Shown in pieces: positions 42,963-53,445 of a DNA stretch of 64,000 bases (positions are counted from its first letter, which is position 1; each line of letters opens with the position of its first letter). Position numbers and translations under genes: made by a program. This DNA is from Candidatus Culexmicrobium cathedralense (GTDB taxonomy: Archaea > Thermoproteota > Methanomethylicia > Culexarchaeales > Culexmicrobiaceae), in NCBI GenBank assembly GCA_025061115.1, contig JANZKC010000002.1:1-64000 (forward strand), read 5' to 3'. Under the pieces are notes generated by a model. The model made no database searches and was not told the DNA's origin. It saw only the letters and a list, made by a program, of their open reading frames with translations.

Positions 42963-43811
42963 ATGGCAAGAATACTCGACGGAAAAGCTCTTTCCAATAA
43001 AATACTAAATAACTTGGCCGTTGAAGTTGAAAGGTTGAAGAGGGAAGGAGTAATTCCGAAAATTGCACTCGTACTAGTAGGCGAAGACCCATCATCAAAA
43101 ACCTATGTGAAGTTGAAGGCTAGGAGAGCCAAAAAAATTGGAGCTCAATCCGAGGTCCACAATTTACCTGAAAGCATCGGTGAAGAGCAGCTCATAAAAC
43201 TCATTGATAAACTAAGTAGAGATGAAAGCATCCATGGAATAGTCATTCAAATGCCACTTCCAAGCCACATCAACGAAAGGAACGTCATAAATGCACTAGA
43301 CCCTAAAAAGGATGTAGATGGCTTACACCCATTAAACCTCGGAAAACTATTGCTGGGGGAAGAATGCCTAGCCTCACCAGCAGCAGAAGGAATAATTGCA
43401 CTACTAGAAGAATACGATGTCCCGATTAAAGATCAAGAGGCAGTAATATTGGGTGCCACCGAGCTAACGGGCAAGCCGCTAGCAGCAATGCTAATAAATA
43501 AAGGAGCAGATGTGACAATCTGCCATTCAACATCAACTAGAATTGAAGATTACACCAAAAGGGCAGATATAATAGTTGCTGACATCGCTAAGCCTAAAGC
43601 AATCCACGGCTCAATGATTAAAAGAGGAGCAGCAGTCATAGATTGCGGATTCAACTACATTGAAAATAAGCTGGTAGGCGATGTGGACTTCGAATCAGCC
43701 GTGCAAGTTGCTTCAGCAATCACTCCAGTTCCCGGCGGCGTCGGCCCAATGATCATAGCAATGCTGCTATCTAACCTAATTAAAGCAGTAAAAGCATATT
43801 TTCTTACGTAA
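42963..43811 (+). CDS. folD: Methylene-THF dehydrogenase/cyclohydrolase (divergent)
   Basis: YVKLK, QMPLP, KDVDG, GDVD, ITPVPGGVGPM; start at ATG 42963. Confidence 0.9.
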   Translation: MARILDGKALSNKILNNLAVEVERLKREGVIPKIALVLVGEDPSSKTYVKLKARRAKKIGAQSEVHNLPESIGEEQLIKLIDKLSRDESIHGIVIQMPLPSHINERNVINALDPKKDVDGLHPLNLGKLLLGEECLASPAAEGIIALLEEYDVPIKDQEAVILGATELTGKPLAAMLINKGADVTICHSTSTRIEDYTKRADIIVADIAKPKAIHGSMIKRGAAVIDCGFNYIENKLVGDVDFESAVQVASAITPVPGGVGPMIIAMLLSNLIKAVKAYFLT

Positions 43812-43832
43812 ATAACAATCAGCCAAGAAAAC

Positions 43833-44198
43833 ATGAAGTACGTGAGACTGAGAGATGCAATTAAGGACTTCCTGAAAGATAATCAAATTGAAATTCAAGA
43901 CATCCTGGACGCAATGGACGAAAGCAAAGAAAACGCTGAAAAAGCATTGCTACGCAGAACAAACTTAAGTAAAAAAGAGGTAAGAGCTCTCGTAAATTCA
44001 ATATCAAGTAAAAAAATAAACCTCCTTCTTTTTGCACTACAAACATTTTACATTTCAAATCCAAGCGGAATGTATAAAGGTCGAATATTAATCCCCTTAA
44101 GAAATGAAGTTATTATCCACGGAAAAGCTTCCAAACGAGGATTAAGACTACTAATGCATGAATTGCGAATTACAGCCGATTGGGCTAAAACAATTTAA
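43833..44198 (+). CDS. Hypothetical protein
   Basis: 121-aa ORF co-oriented directly after folD. Confidence 0.7.
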   Translation: MKYVRLRDAIKDFLKDNQIEIQDILDAMDESKENAEKALLRRTNLSKKEVRALVNSISSKKINLLLFALQTFYISNPSGMYKGRILIPLRNEVIIHGKASKRGLRLLMHELRITADWAKTI

Positions 44199-44296
44199 TG
44201 AAAAATTTTCATAAAAGCTCAGCATACAGATGGAAGCCCCATCACAGTTGCTGAAAAAATTGACCAGCTAATCAAAAAATTATGAAAAAATTTTAT
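44198..44296. promoter_or_regulatory. Putative Lrp-type operator array upstream of glnA
   Basis: Palindrome ATGAAAAATTTTCAT (44198-44212) and variant ATGAAAAAATTTTAT (44282-44296), with weaker copies between. Confidence 0.5.
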
Positions 44297-44335
44297 AGAA
44301 AAATATAAATTTATAAAAAATATTCAATAATAAAC

Positions 44336-45679
44336 ATGATTGCAAGTAAAACTTACGACGTAGAAAGCGCAATTAAGAAGCTTGAGCAGGAAGACGTGAA
44401 GTACCTCAGACTCATAATAGTTGATATACACGGAGTGCCAAAAAGCTTAATCATCAAAAAGGACGATTTCGAAGATGCATTAACCTATGGAGTTGGCTTT
44501 GACGGATCATCGATTCAAGGGTATGCCCAAATTGAAAACAGCGATTTAATTGCAATTCCTGATCCATCGACTTTAACATTAGCGTATTGGGAAGAAGGGA
44601 AAACAGCCGCAGCCATATGCGACGTATATACTCCGGAATACAAGCAATTCCAAGGAGACCCTAGATTTATATTGAAGAGAATTGTTGAGCAAACTTCATC
44701 AAGAAACTTGAAAGTTAAAGTTGGAATCGAACTTGAATACTTCATTGTAAATAAAAGCGTTGAAAGCGAAATTAAGCCTCAAGACTCTGGACAGTGCTTC
44801 GACACTGTGCCAATGGACTATGGAGATGATCTAAAGAAGAGGTTGGGAGAAATCATATGCAGAGTAGGATCTTCATTTGAGAAAATGCATCACGAAGTAG
44901 CCCCAGGACAACATGAACTGTCCATTTCAGCTACAGATCCAGTTAGGCTAGCAGACATAATGATAATATCAAAGCTAGCTGTAAAATCGATAGCTAGGAA
45001 AGTAGGATTCACGGCTACATTCATGCCTAAGCCATTCTTCGGAGTAAATGGCAGCGGCGCCCATGTCCACGTAAGCTTGCAAAGCAAAGAAGGGAAAAAC
45101 CTATTCTATGATAAAGCGAGTAATGGGCTTTCGCAATTAGCCATCCAATTCACTGGAGGAATCCTATCTCACGCAAAAGGCTTATCATTATTAGTTGCGC
45201 CTCTAGTAAATTCATATAAGCGCCTAGCTCCAGGATATGAGGCCCCAGTATACATATGCTGGGGATATAGCAATCGCTCCACGCTCATCAGGATACCTAG
45301 ACCAATAAGGGAAAAAACTTGTAGAATCGAGTATAGACATCCAGACCCATCATTCAACCCATACTTGGGGTTGGCAGCCATAATAGCTTCAGGATTAGAT
45401 GGTATAGACAGAAAGTTAAATCCTGGAGAGCCATGCCAATTAAACGTCTATCACGCCGAAAACAACTTTGAAAGACTACCTGAAAACCTCCATGAAGCAA
45501 TCATAGCATTTGAAAACGACAAAACAGTTAAAAGAGCAATCGGAAAGCATGCTTCAAGCAAAATTGTCGAATTAAAGATAAAGGAGTGGAATTCATATAT
45601 AGAGTCTGAAGGAGACTGGAATTCAACTAAAAACAAAATTACCGCATGGGAAATTCAGAAATATTTGGAGAGAGTCTAG
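44336..45679 (+). CDS. glnA: Glutamine synthetase type I
   Basis: FDGSS, GIELEY, HHEVAPGQHE, TFMPKP..G.NGSG.H, SYKRL.PGYEAP, NRS, RIEYR. Confidence 0.95.
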   Translation: MIASKTYDVESAIKKLEQEDVKYLRLIIVDIHGVPKSLIIKKDDFEDALTYGVGFDGSSIQGYAQIENSDLIAIPDPSTLTLAYWEEGKTAAAICDVYTPEYKQFQGDPRFILKRIVEQTSSRNLKVKVGIELEYFIVNKSVESEIKPQDSGQCFDTVPMDYGDDLKKRLGEIICRVGSSFEKMHHEVAPGQHELSISATDPVRLADIMIISKLAVKSIARKVGFTATFMPKPFFGVNGSGAHVHVSLQSKEGKNLFYDKASNGLSQLAIQFTGGILSHAKGLSLLVAPLVNSYKRLAPGYEAPVYICWGYSNRSTLIRIPRPIREKTCRIEYRHPDPSFNPYLGLAAIIASGLDGIDRKLNPGEPCQLNVYHAENNFERLPENLHEAIIAFENDKTVKRAIGKHASSKIVELKIKEWNSYIESEGDWNSTKNKITAWEIQKYLERV

Positions 45680-45681
45680 CG

Positions 45682-46131
45682 TTGAAAAGTGTTGAGCTCG
45701 ACGAAATAGATATCAAAATCATTAAAGAACTGCAGAAAAATGCAAAGCAAACCTACAGAGAATTATCAGACAAGCTGGGACTAGCAATTGGAACAATATA
45801 CAATAGGATTAAGAAGTTAGAGGAAAATGGAGTAATAAGAAACTTTACAATTAATTTAGACTACTCCAAGCTTGGATACGATTTAACAGCAATAATAATG
45901 ATGCAAGTTGAAGGTCCATACATCATTGAAATAGAAAAGCGACTAGCCAACTACGAAGAGGTAATGAGCGTATATGATATAACTGGAGAATTCGACATCG
46001 CAGTAATTGCAAAATTTGTGGATAGAGAACACCTAAACAAATTCATTAAAGGAATACTCACTATGCCCCACATAAAACGAACAGTAACTAGCATCGCGCT
46101 AAGCGTAGTAAAAGAAAACTTTAAACAATAA
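45682..46131 (+). CDS. Lrp/AsnC family transcriptional regulator
   Basis: LDEIDIKIIKELQ...RIKKLEENGVI HTH; YDITGEFD RAM domain; TTG start 2 nt after the glnA stop. Confidence 0.93.
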   Translation: MKSVELDEIDIKIIKELQKNAKQTYRELSDKLGLAIGTIYNRIKKLEENGVIRNFTINLDYSKLGYDLTAIIMMQVEGPYIIEIEKRLANYEEVMSVYDITGEFDIAVIAKFVDREHLNKFIKGILTMPHIKRTVTSIALSVVKENFKQ

Positions 46132-46826
46132 AGTATTTATTTAAAGATACAACCCTATTAAATCAGCTTATAATGATTGTTTGATAAATGATCTTCTCCA
46201 GCCGGCTTTTAGCTTCCTTCAGCAATTCGCCGCAATTAAAACTGCTGAAGTAATTTCATATCCAACTTACTTATCCTGCACCTTTGCTACTTCAAATTCG
46301 TTCGGTTTTGCGCACTTTATGTCCACATCCATAAGGGTTTCTAATTTAGTGGACATCTCTTCCCCTAAGGAAAAACAATGCAACCAAACAAGATGCTGCA
46401 ATATGAATTGCAGGTACATATAACACGTTTAATTCAGCATCCGTAATAATTCGTTTGCATATTATGGTCGGAAGCCCATTGCATGACGTGCTTGAAGAAG
46501 AGATGACACCGCCACCATATCAAGCGTGCGCAATAAGCCTAAACTCAACGCAAATATAGATTAGGGAAACATAAGCTATATGCTTCATGCGTTGCGGCTA
46601 CTCCATAGGGAGAAGCATGAGCAGGGGTAAGTACGGCATATTTTAGACCTAGTGAAGATAGTTATTGAAGACTGCGCTTAGCAGCTAATTCACATACGGA
46701 TTATATTGAAGAATGTTCTTGGAAAATCGAGTTAAACCTGAATATGATTGGCCAATAAGATCCGATTCAAATAGCTTTGCATGGCAAAAGTTATAACTGA
46801 AATAGAGTAAATATTAGTTAAAAGAG

Positions 46827-48059
46827 GTGCTCATCTTGAAACAGCTTGATAAACCTGCGATTGAAGGAGGAAAGCCCATTAGGAGCAAGCCGATTTCCGC
46901 ATTCCCGAAATTCACTAATGAAGAGATAGAGGCAGTTGTTGAAGTTCTTAAGTCTGGCAAGCTGACGACGCTCGTCGGCGAAGTAACGAGGAAATTTGAG
47001 GAGGAATTCGCGAAATTCCATGGAGTTAAGCACGCCATTGCGGTTTCGAATGGAACCGTAGCCCTTCATGTAGCATTGAGGGCAATTGGAGTTAAACCTG
47101 GAGATGAAGTAATAACTACTCCATTTACCTTTGTGGCTTCAGCATCATCAATACTTCACCAAAATGCAATTCCAATATTCGCCGACATAGACAGGGAAAC
47201 ATTCAACATAGATCCAGCCAGCATAGAGGAGAGAATAAGCAATAAAACCAAGGCGATAATCGCGGTTCACCTGTGCGGTCATCCAGCTGAAATGGATCAA
47301 ATAATGAAGATAGCCGATGACCACGACTTAATGGTAATTGAAGACTGCGCACAGGCAATAGGAGCAGAATACCGAGGAAAAATCGTTGGTGGATTAGGTC
47401 ATGTAAGTGCATTCAGCTTCTATCAAAGTAAAAATATAACGACAGGAGAAGGAGGCATGGTTCTCACAAACGATGATGAAATTGCTGAGAAGGCTAAATT
47501 GATTAGGCATCACGGCGAACCTGAGTGGTATCACTACGTGCTTCTGGGCTACAATTATAGAATGACTGAAATGCAGGCAGCATTAGGATTAGCTCAACTA
47601 AATAGGCTTGAGGAATTGAACAGGAGAAGAATGGAGATAGCAAAAATATACACTGACGAGTTGGAAGATGTTGATGCACTAACACTGCCTACAGCTAAGC
47701 CGCACGTAAAGCACGTCTGGCACATATATAACGTTCTAATTGACTTAAAGAGAGTAAGGAAGACTAGAGATGAAATTGTCAAGGCAATAAAAGCTGAAAA
47801 TGTTTGGGTGGGAATCTGCTATCCAACAGTATTATACCTAGAGCCAATATTCCAAGAAAAAATAGGTCATGGCAACGGCTGCCCATGGAAATGCCCACTG
47901 TATGGAAGAGAAGTAGAATATAAGAAGGGATTATGCCCAAATGCAGAGTGGGTCAGCGAAAGAGTATTCACACTGCCAACCCAGCCAGCGCTAAGCGACG
48001 ATCAAGTCATCGATATCGCGAGAGCAGTGAAAAAGGTAATCAAGTATTATCAGATCTAA
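46827..48059 (+). CDS. DegT/DnrJ/EryC1/StrS aminotransferase
   Basis: SNGTVAL, TFVAS, IEDCAQA, FSFYQSKNITTGEGG, GYNYRM. Confidence 0.95.
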   Translation: MLILKQLDKPAIEGGKPIRSKPISAFPKFTNEEIEAVVEVLKSGKLTTLVGEVTRKFEEEFAKFHGVKHAIAVSNGTVALHVALRAIGVKPGDEVITTPFTFVASASSILHQNAIPIFADIDRETFNIDPASIEERISNKTKAIIAVHLCGHPAEMDQIMKIADDHDLMVIEDCAQAIGAEYRGKIVGGLGHVSAFSFYQSKNITTGEGGMVLTNDDEIAEKAKLIRHHGEPEWYHYVLLGYNYRMTEMQAALGLAQLNRLEELNRRRMEIAKIYTDELEDVDALTLPTAKPHVKHVWHIYNVLIDLKRVRKTRDEIVKAIKAENVWVGICYPTVLYLEPIFQEKIGHGNGCPWKCPLYGREVEYKKGLCPNAEWVSERVFTLPTQPALSDDQVIDIARAVKKVIKYYQI

Positions 48060-48298
48060 GCACGTCCAGCTTAAATCCAAGAAAGCTCCCAGCAAACATT
48101 CAGGATGAATTTCACGAATTCAAGCTCCAAAGCATGCAAGAAAATGAAAATCATGGCATTAATACGCATCCCCTTTTACTTGACTGCGCAAAGATGCACA
48201 AAATAACTACTAAGAGTGTTTCAAAATGAAACTTACACCAAATCCCCTCCACTTTACCTAAAACTTTGGAAGTCAATTCAAGCCACTGCAAAATTGCG

Positions 48299-48328
48299 CT
48301 CATCATAAAAACTCTCATCATAAAAACT
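48299..48328. repeat. Exact 15-bp tandem duplication CTCATCATAAAAACT x2
   Basis: Seen directly in an intergenic/degenerate region. Confidence 0.85.
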
Positions 48329-48553
48329 ATTACTCCAGCACGCACCCATATCCAAATATTTACTATAAATAAACTCTAAAATTAGCTGGATACGCGAGTT
48401 TAAAGAAGCTCTAAGTATCATTTATCCGATAATGAGCATGAGAATCCAAGTGCAGCTCTAGAATGAAACAAAATAAGCTTCAGCATCAATTATAAGCTTC
48501 AACCAATCATTCTTTAATGGTGATTTAAACTGAAATCGCACGATCTCGATAGG

Positions 48554-49618
48554 GTGGACATCCTAATAAAAACAACCCTGGGCATGGAAAAAGTTGCAGC
48601 CACAAGAGTCGAGGAAACAATACCTGAGGTGCAAGTCATACCTAAGCCATATGGATTCATGGGGCTAGTAGCAGTAAAAACAGAGCTCGATAAAAAAGAG
48701 GCGGCGAAAAAGATTGAAAGCAACGTATTGGAGGCAGATAGGGTAATAGTAGTTGAAGAGTGCGTTCCCGCCAATCTAGATGAAATAGCTGAAGCAGCAG
48801 CAAGAATAGCCAAAAAGAGCATTGGAAGCAAAGATACTTTTGCAGTAAGAACAGTTCGAAGAGGCAAGCATGAATTCACGAGCATCGATGTTAACGTCGT
48901 AGCTGGAGCTGCAGTTAAAAAAGCAACTAGAGCACTTGTAGACTTAAAATACCCATCAAAAATCATTAGAATTGAAATTTTGAAGAACCTAGCATTAATA
49001 GCGATTGAAGATGGAGAGAAAGAGCTGAAAAAAATTAGGCCTGGCAAAATCCCAGTTATAGAGTTCTTGAGGAAAATTGCCATAATTCAAATGCCTTACC
49101 TCGGACCGCTAAACGCCATTAGAGCCATTGGAGTTAGAGTAGGAAGGGAAGTTCAAACATTTGAAGTTAGAGAACTAGTCATATCTCCAATAGGAGCAGT
49201 AAAAGCCGAGGAATTAAAGGTATTTATTGAAGGAGTATTTGAGGGAATAAACTCAAGATATGAAATTCAACGAAAAACTTATGGAAGAAAAGTGTGGAGA
49301 GTTCCAGTTTTCATCCAAGATCTACATCAGCTAGTTAGGGAGAGAAGAAGGAGAGAACCAATAATCGTGCTTGAACCGGAAGGAGAACCCCTACCTAAAG
49401 TTAAAGATAACCTCGCCGAGATACTGCTAAGTGAAAAGAAAAGAATTAATGTTCTCATTGGAGCTAGAGAAGGCATTCCACTTGGAATCTATAGATTCGC
49501 CAACCTAGTAGTTGATATATGCCCTGGAATAACAATTTCAACAGATTATGCTGCAGCTTCAGCATTGATAGCATTCTCAACAATAATCGAGGAAAAACTT
49601 CTTGAAAAGAAATCATAA
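48554..49618 (+). CDS. THUMP-SPOUT RNA methyltransferase
   Basis: IKT.LGMEK, FAVRTVRRGKH.FTS.DVN..AG (THUMP); QMPY, GAREGIP.G (SPOUT). Confidence 0.9.
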   Translation: MDILIKTTLGMEKVAATRVEETIPEVQVIPKPYGFMGLVAVKTELDKKEAAKKIESNVLEADRVIVVEECVPANLDEIAEAAARIAKKSIGSKDTFAVRTVRRGKHEFTSIDVNVVAGAAVKKATRALVDLKYPSKIIRIEILKNLALIAIEDGEKELKKIRPGKIPVIEFLRKIAIIQMPYLGPLNAIRAIGVRVGREVQTFEVRELVISPIGAVKAEELKVFIEGVFEGINSRYEIQRKTYGRKVWRVPVFIQDLHQLVRERRRREPIIVLEPEGEPLPKVKDNLAEILLSEKKRINVLIGAREGIPLGIYRFANLVVDICPGITISTDYAAASALIAFSTIIEEKLLEKKS

Positions 49619-49694
49619 AATGCTTTGACCCGAAATGAGTTGATGGACATCCCTACCTAAAAAGACAATGAAGAAGGGTGGTGTAATTATTAAA

Positions 49695-50695
49695 CTAAAA
49701 GCCTGGAGACCTTACTTGCACAACCTCCCTATTAACTAGGTTTGGAGGAACTTCTCCTTTGGCAAATAAAATTAAGTTATCTGCAACCATCATTGCAATC
49801 CTCTCCCTAGCTTCCCTGGAGTCACTGCCAATGCGCGGCGCAACAACATTTGGAAACTTTAGAAGGGGATTATCCCTAGGCGTCGGCTCAACCTCAAATA
49901 CATCCAATGCTGCACCCGCAATCCACTTGTTCCTTAAAGCTTTAATTAGAGCCTTCTCATCAACAATAGCTCCCTTTGAAGTATTTATCAAGTAGACTGT
50001 GGGCTTCATTAATTTAAGCTCCCTCTCGCCTATCAAGTGGTATGAAATTTTATTTAATGGAACATGTAGGGAAACGAAATCCGAGTTACTTAGAAGGTAG
50101 TCCAGATCCACATACTCTGCGCCAAGCTCCTTCTCCAATCCAATCTTCCTCTCAACATCAAAGTACAGGATTTTCATGTTGAAGCACTTAGCCCTCCTAG
50201 CTACTGCTGAGCCAATTCTGCCTAATCCAATTATGCCCAAAACCTTTCCATGAACATCCAATCCCAACATCATTGTTGGATGCCAGCCAGTTTGCGTCTT
50301 CTCCCACGACCCGCTTCTAACGAACCTATCTGCCTCAACAATCCTCCTAGCAACTGCCAAAATTAAAGCCCAAGTCAAGTCAGCTACAGCTTCGGTCAAT
50401 ACGCCAGGAGTGTTAGTTACATATATTCCCCTTCTCGTGCACTCTTCAACGTCGATATTGTCGTAACCCACAGCATACTGGGCAATTATCCTAAGCCTAG
50501 GCGCCTCATCGAGAAGAACTTTATCTATCTTGTCAGTCAACAGAGAGGCAAGTGCATTTACATCCCTAATTTTTCAAGCAATTTGTGCCTTGGCAGAGGC
50601 TGATACTCCCCCCAAACTTCCACTTCATAGTATTCTGAAACTCTATTAATGGCATCTCCAGGAAGCTCCCTAGTTATAAACACTCTCGGCTTCAC
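49695..50695 (-). pseudogene. gyaR: Glyoxylate reductase / D-2-hydroxyacid dehydrogenase, frameshifted
   Basis: MKPRVFITRELPG... start at GTG 50695; 1-nt loss in A run 50570-50574; GLGRIG intact but NTSKG (for NTARG) and APRIGS (for APHIGS) lose catalytic residues. Confidence 0.85.
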
Positions 50696-50802
50696 GGCAA
50701 TCACCAGCAGCAATCAATCATTTCCAACTCATCATGATTTAGCGTCAAAGCTACATTAATATGACTGAAAGTAAATGGTTAATAGAGCATCGAGGTTAAA
50801 TT

Positions 50803-52722
50803 ATGCGCAGAAGTTCTAAATGGACTATCAAAGCAGATTTGAGATGGTGCAAAAACTGCAACATTCCACTCCTCAGCCCAAAGTGCGATTTATGCGGAGA
50901 AGTTGGAGGAAGAATTCATGCATCTCCCCCATTAGATGTAAGGCCAGCATTTGAAAAAGACCTTCAAAAAATAAGGAAAAGCATTGCCGAAGAATTTGAC
51001 GACTGGAAATTGGCATACATGCTTATACCAAAAAGGAAAGTCGCTCTACTAAACAAAGTCACTTACATTGATCAAGCAGACGAAGTAATAGTTGACGGCT
51101 GGACTATTGGACACTGCTTTTACGACCCATTAAAGAACAAATGGAGATTTAAGCCAGTTGCAGAGGGATGCGCAAGAATAATTAATTTAGAAAGAGGCTA
51201 CTGGGCTCAGCTAAAAACCCATAAAGTCAAATTATGGGAAAAAATTCCAATTTCAAATGTCCTAAGGGGAAACATACCCCCACAAGAAGAAAAGTTCACA
51301 GCCATAGCTTCAAGAACAGGAAGCGCAATTGGAGTAGCAGTGAGAGAAGGCGACTACTTGAAGGTCATAAAGGTATGGAAGCCTCAAAAAACCCACATAA
51401 TAGAAGTCAACTCCACAATTAAAGACACCATTAAAGGAAATAGAAACCACATAGCGCACTTGGAAAGAAGAGCAATAGCATTCATAAAAGAAGTTAGCAA
51501 GAAAATAGGAAAACCAGTTATCGTCTCTTTCTCCGGAGGAAAGGATAGCCTCGCAACACTTCTACTCACTCTTGAAGCAATAGGCGAAACACCAATAATG
51601 TTCAACGACACGGGAATCGAAATGCCCGAAACAGTAAGCTACGTAAAGGAAGTTGCCGAATACTATGGATTAAAGCTCATTGAAGCAAGCGCACACAACG
51701 CTTTTTGGAACTCATTCGAAGTCTATGGCCCCCCAGCTAGAGACTACAGGTGGTGCTGCAAAATATGCAAGTTAATTCCAATAGCCACAATCATGAAAAA
51801 CCACTTCCCAGAAGGATCACTAAATCTAGTTGGCCAGAGAAAGTACGAGTCACTTGCCAGATCAAAATCCCCACAAGTATGGAAAAACAAGTGGATGCCA
51901 AGAATAATTGGAGCAAGCCCAATAATAGACTGGACTGCACTGCACGTATGGCTATACTTGATATGGAAGAACGCCAAGGTAAATCCGCTCTACTACATGG
52001 GCTTCGATAGAATTGGTTGCTGGCTATGCCCTTCATGCGAACTAGCGGAATTTAAGCTAGTTGAGGAAATACATCCAAGCTTATGGTTAAAGTGGGAGAG
52101 AAAGCTAAGTTCATGGGCTAAGCTCAAAGGATTCCCGGAGGAATGGGTTAAATATGGATTTTGGAGATGGCAGAGGATCCCGGGAGACCAAATGAAGTTG
52201 GCAAGCAAAGTTGGACTTAAAATAAACTTGCAAGAATACAGGGTGCATCGAGCGCCAGCTAAAATAGTTAAAATCAAAGGATTTGAACCATGTGCAGGCT
52301 CATACACTATCGAAGGAATCCTAGACACAAGCATAGACATAATTAAAGTCAAAAACATAGCTCCCGTCATTGGAGAAGTAAAGGCCTCAACAAATCTCGG
52401 AGCCATCTCAATCAAGTCCGAAATTGGAGAATTAGTCATAAGCACAACAGGAAGAATTGCAGCAACCTCCACAGACGAGATTTCTGCAGAAAAACTATTC
52501 AGCGAAGCATTAAAGGTCATATCAAGAAGCATGTACTGTACCCTATGCGGATCATGCATCAACATTTGTAGAGCTCAAGCAATATCATTAAATAATCCGC
52601 CTAAGGTAGATTTTAAGAAGTGCAATAGGTGTGGAAGATGCCAAGAAGCATGCCCAGCCTCAAGCTACATCGGTAAGCTACTGGCAGATCAATTTAAATG
52701 GCAGGTAGCAAAACATGATTAG
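50803..52722 (+). CDS. PAPS-reductase family protein with N-terminal Zn ribbon and C-terminal 4Fe-4S domain
   Basis: WCKNCNIP, SFSGGKDS, RWCCKICK, RIGCWLCP, CTLCGSC..C and CNRCGRC..C. Confidence 0.9.
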   Translation: MRRSSKWTIKADLRWCKNCNIPLLSPKCDLCGEVGGRIHASPPLDVRPAFEKDLQKIRKSIAEEFDDWKLAYMLIPKRKVALLNKVTYIDQADEVIVDGWTIGHCFYDPLKNKWRFKPVAEGCARIINLERGYWAQLKTHKVKLWEKIPISNVLRGNIPPQEEKFTAIASRTGSAIGVAVREGDYLKVIKVWKPQKTHIIEVNSTIKDTIKGNRNHIAHLERRAIAFIKEVSKKIGKPVIVSFSGGKDSLATLLLTLEAIGETPIMFNDTGIEMPETVSYVKEVAEYYGLKLIEASAHNAFWNSFEVYGPPARDYRWCCKICKLIPIATIMKNHFPEGSLNLVGQRKYESLARSKSPQVWKNKWMPRIIGASPIIDWTALHVWLYLIWKNAKVNPLYYMGFDRIGCWLCPSCELAEFKLVEEIHPSLWLKWERKLSSWAKLKGFPEEWVKYGFWRWQRIPGDQMKLASKVGLKINLQEYRVHRAPAKIVKIKGFEPCAGSYTIEGILDTSIDIIKVKNIAPVIGEVKASTNLGAISIKSEIGELVISTTGRIAATSTDEISAEKLFSEALKVISRSMYCTLCGSCINICRAQAISLNNPPKVDFKKCNRCGRCQEACPASSYIGKLLADQFKWQVAKHD

Positions 52723-53443
52723 TCAACTAGAGAAGGTTAAGGCAATAGCTGTAGATGTAGATGGAACAATCACAGATGAAAGTGGAGCACTTCACCTGGA
52801 AGCAATAAAAGCACTGAGGGAAGTCAAAGAGAAAACAAGCGTAAAAATAGTATTAGCCTCAGGAAATGCGTACCCCGTGCTCATGGGCCTAGCCAGGTAT
52901 CTCGGAAATGTAGATCTGGTAATAGCCGAAAACGGAGGTGTAGTTGGATTTCAAAATAACTTCAAAATAATTGGCAGACCTGAAATAGGATTAAAAGCAA
53001 GAAAGCTCGTAAGCAGCAAGCTGGGATATATGCTATATGAAAGCTGGCAAAACAAGTTCAGGTTCGTGGACTTCGCATTCAAACTGAAAAGGGGATACAA
53101 TTGGAACGAAGCATTAGAAAAGGTTAGGCAACTAATTGAAAATGAAGTGCCTGAAGCAACAGCAGCATTTAGCGGAGTAGCAATACATGTTAAAGATAAG
53201 GTCGTTAACAAAGGTGCAGGATTAATCATGGCAGCCAAATTGTTAAGGCTAAGTCCAATGGACTTCCTAGCTATTGGAGATAGCGATGTCGACGTTGAAA
53301 TGATGATTAAAGCTGGAATCGGCATTGCAGTTGCAAACGCTTCTGAAAAGGCAATTAAAGTAGCCAAGATAATTACTAAAAATCCGAGAGGGCAAGGATT
53401 TGCTGAAGCCGTAAAAATGCTAATAAATGCTAAAATTAAATGA
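52715..53443 (+). CDS. Phosphoglycolate phosphatase (HAD IIB, archaeal type)
   Basis: DVDGTIT, ASGN, AENGG, NKG, GDSDVD. Confidence 0.9.
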   Translation: MISQLEKVKAIAVDVDGTITDESGALHLEAIKALREVKEKTSVKIVLASGNAYPVLMGLARYLGNVDLVIAENGGVVGFQNNFKIIGRPEIGLKARKLVSSKLGYMLYESWQNKFRFVDFAFKLKRGYNWNEALEKVRQLIENEVPEATAAFSGVAIHVKDKVVNKGAGLIMAAKLLRLSPMDFLAIGDSDVDVEMMIKAGIGIAVANASEKAIKVAKIITKNPRGQGFAEAVKMLINAKIK

Positions 53444-53445
53444 AA

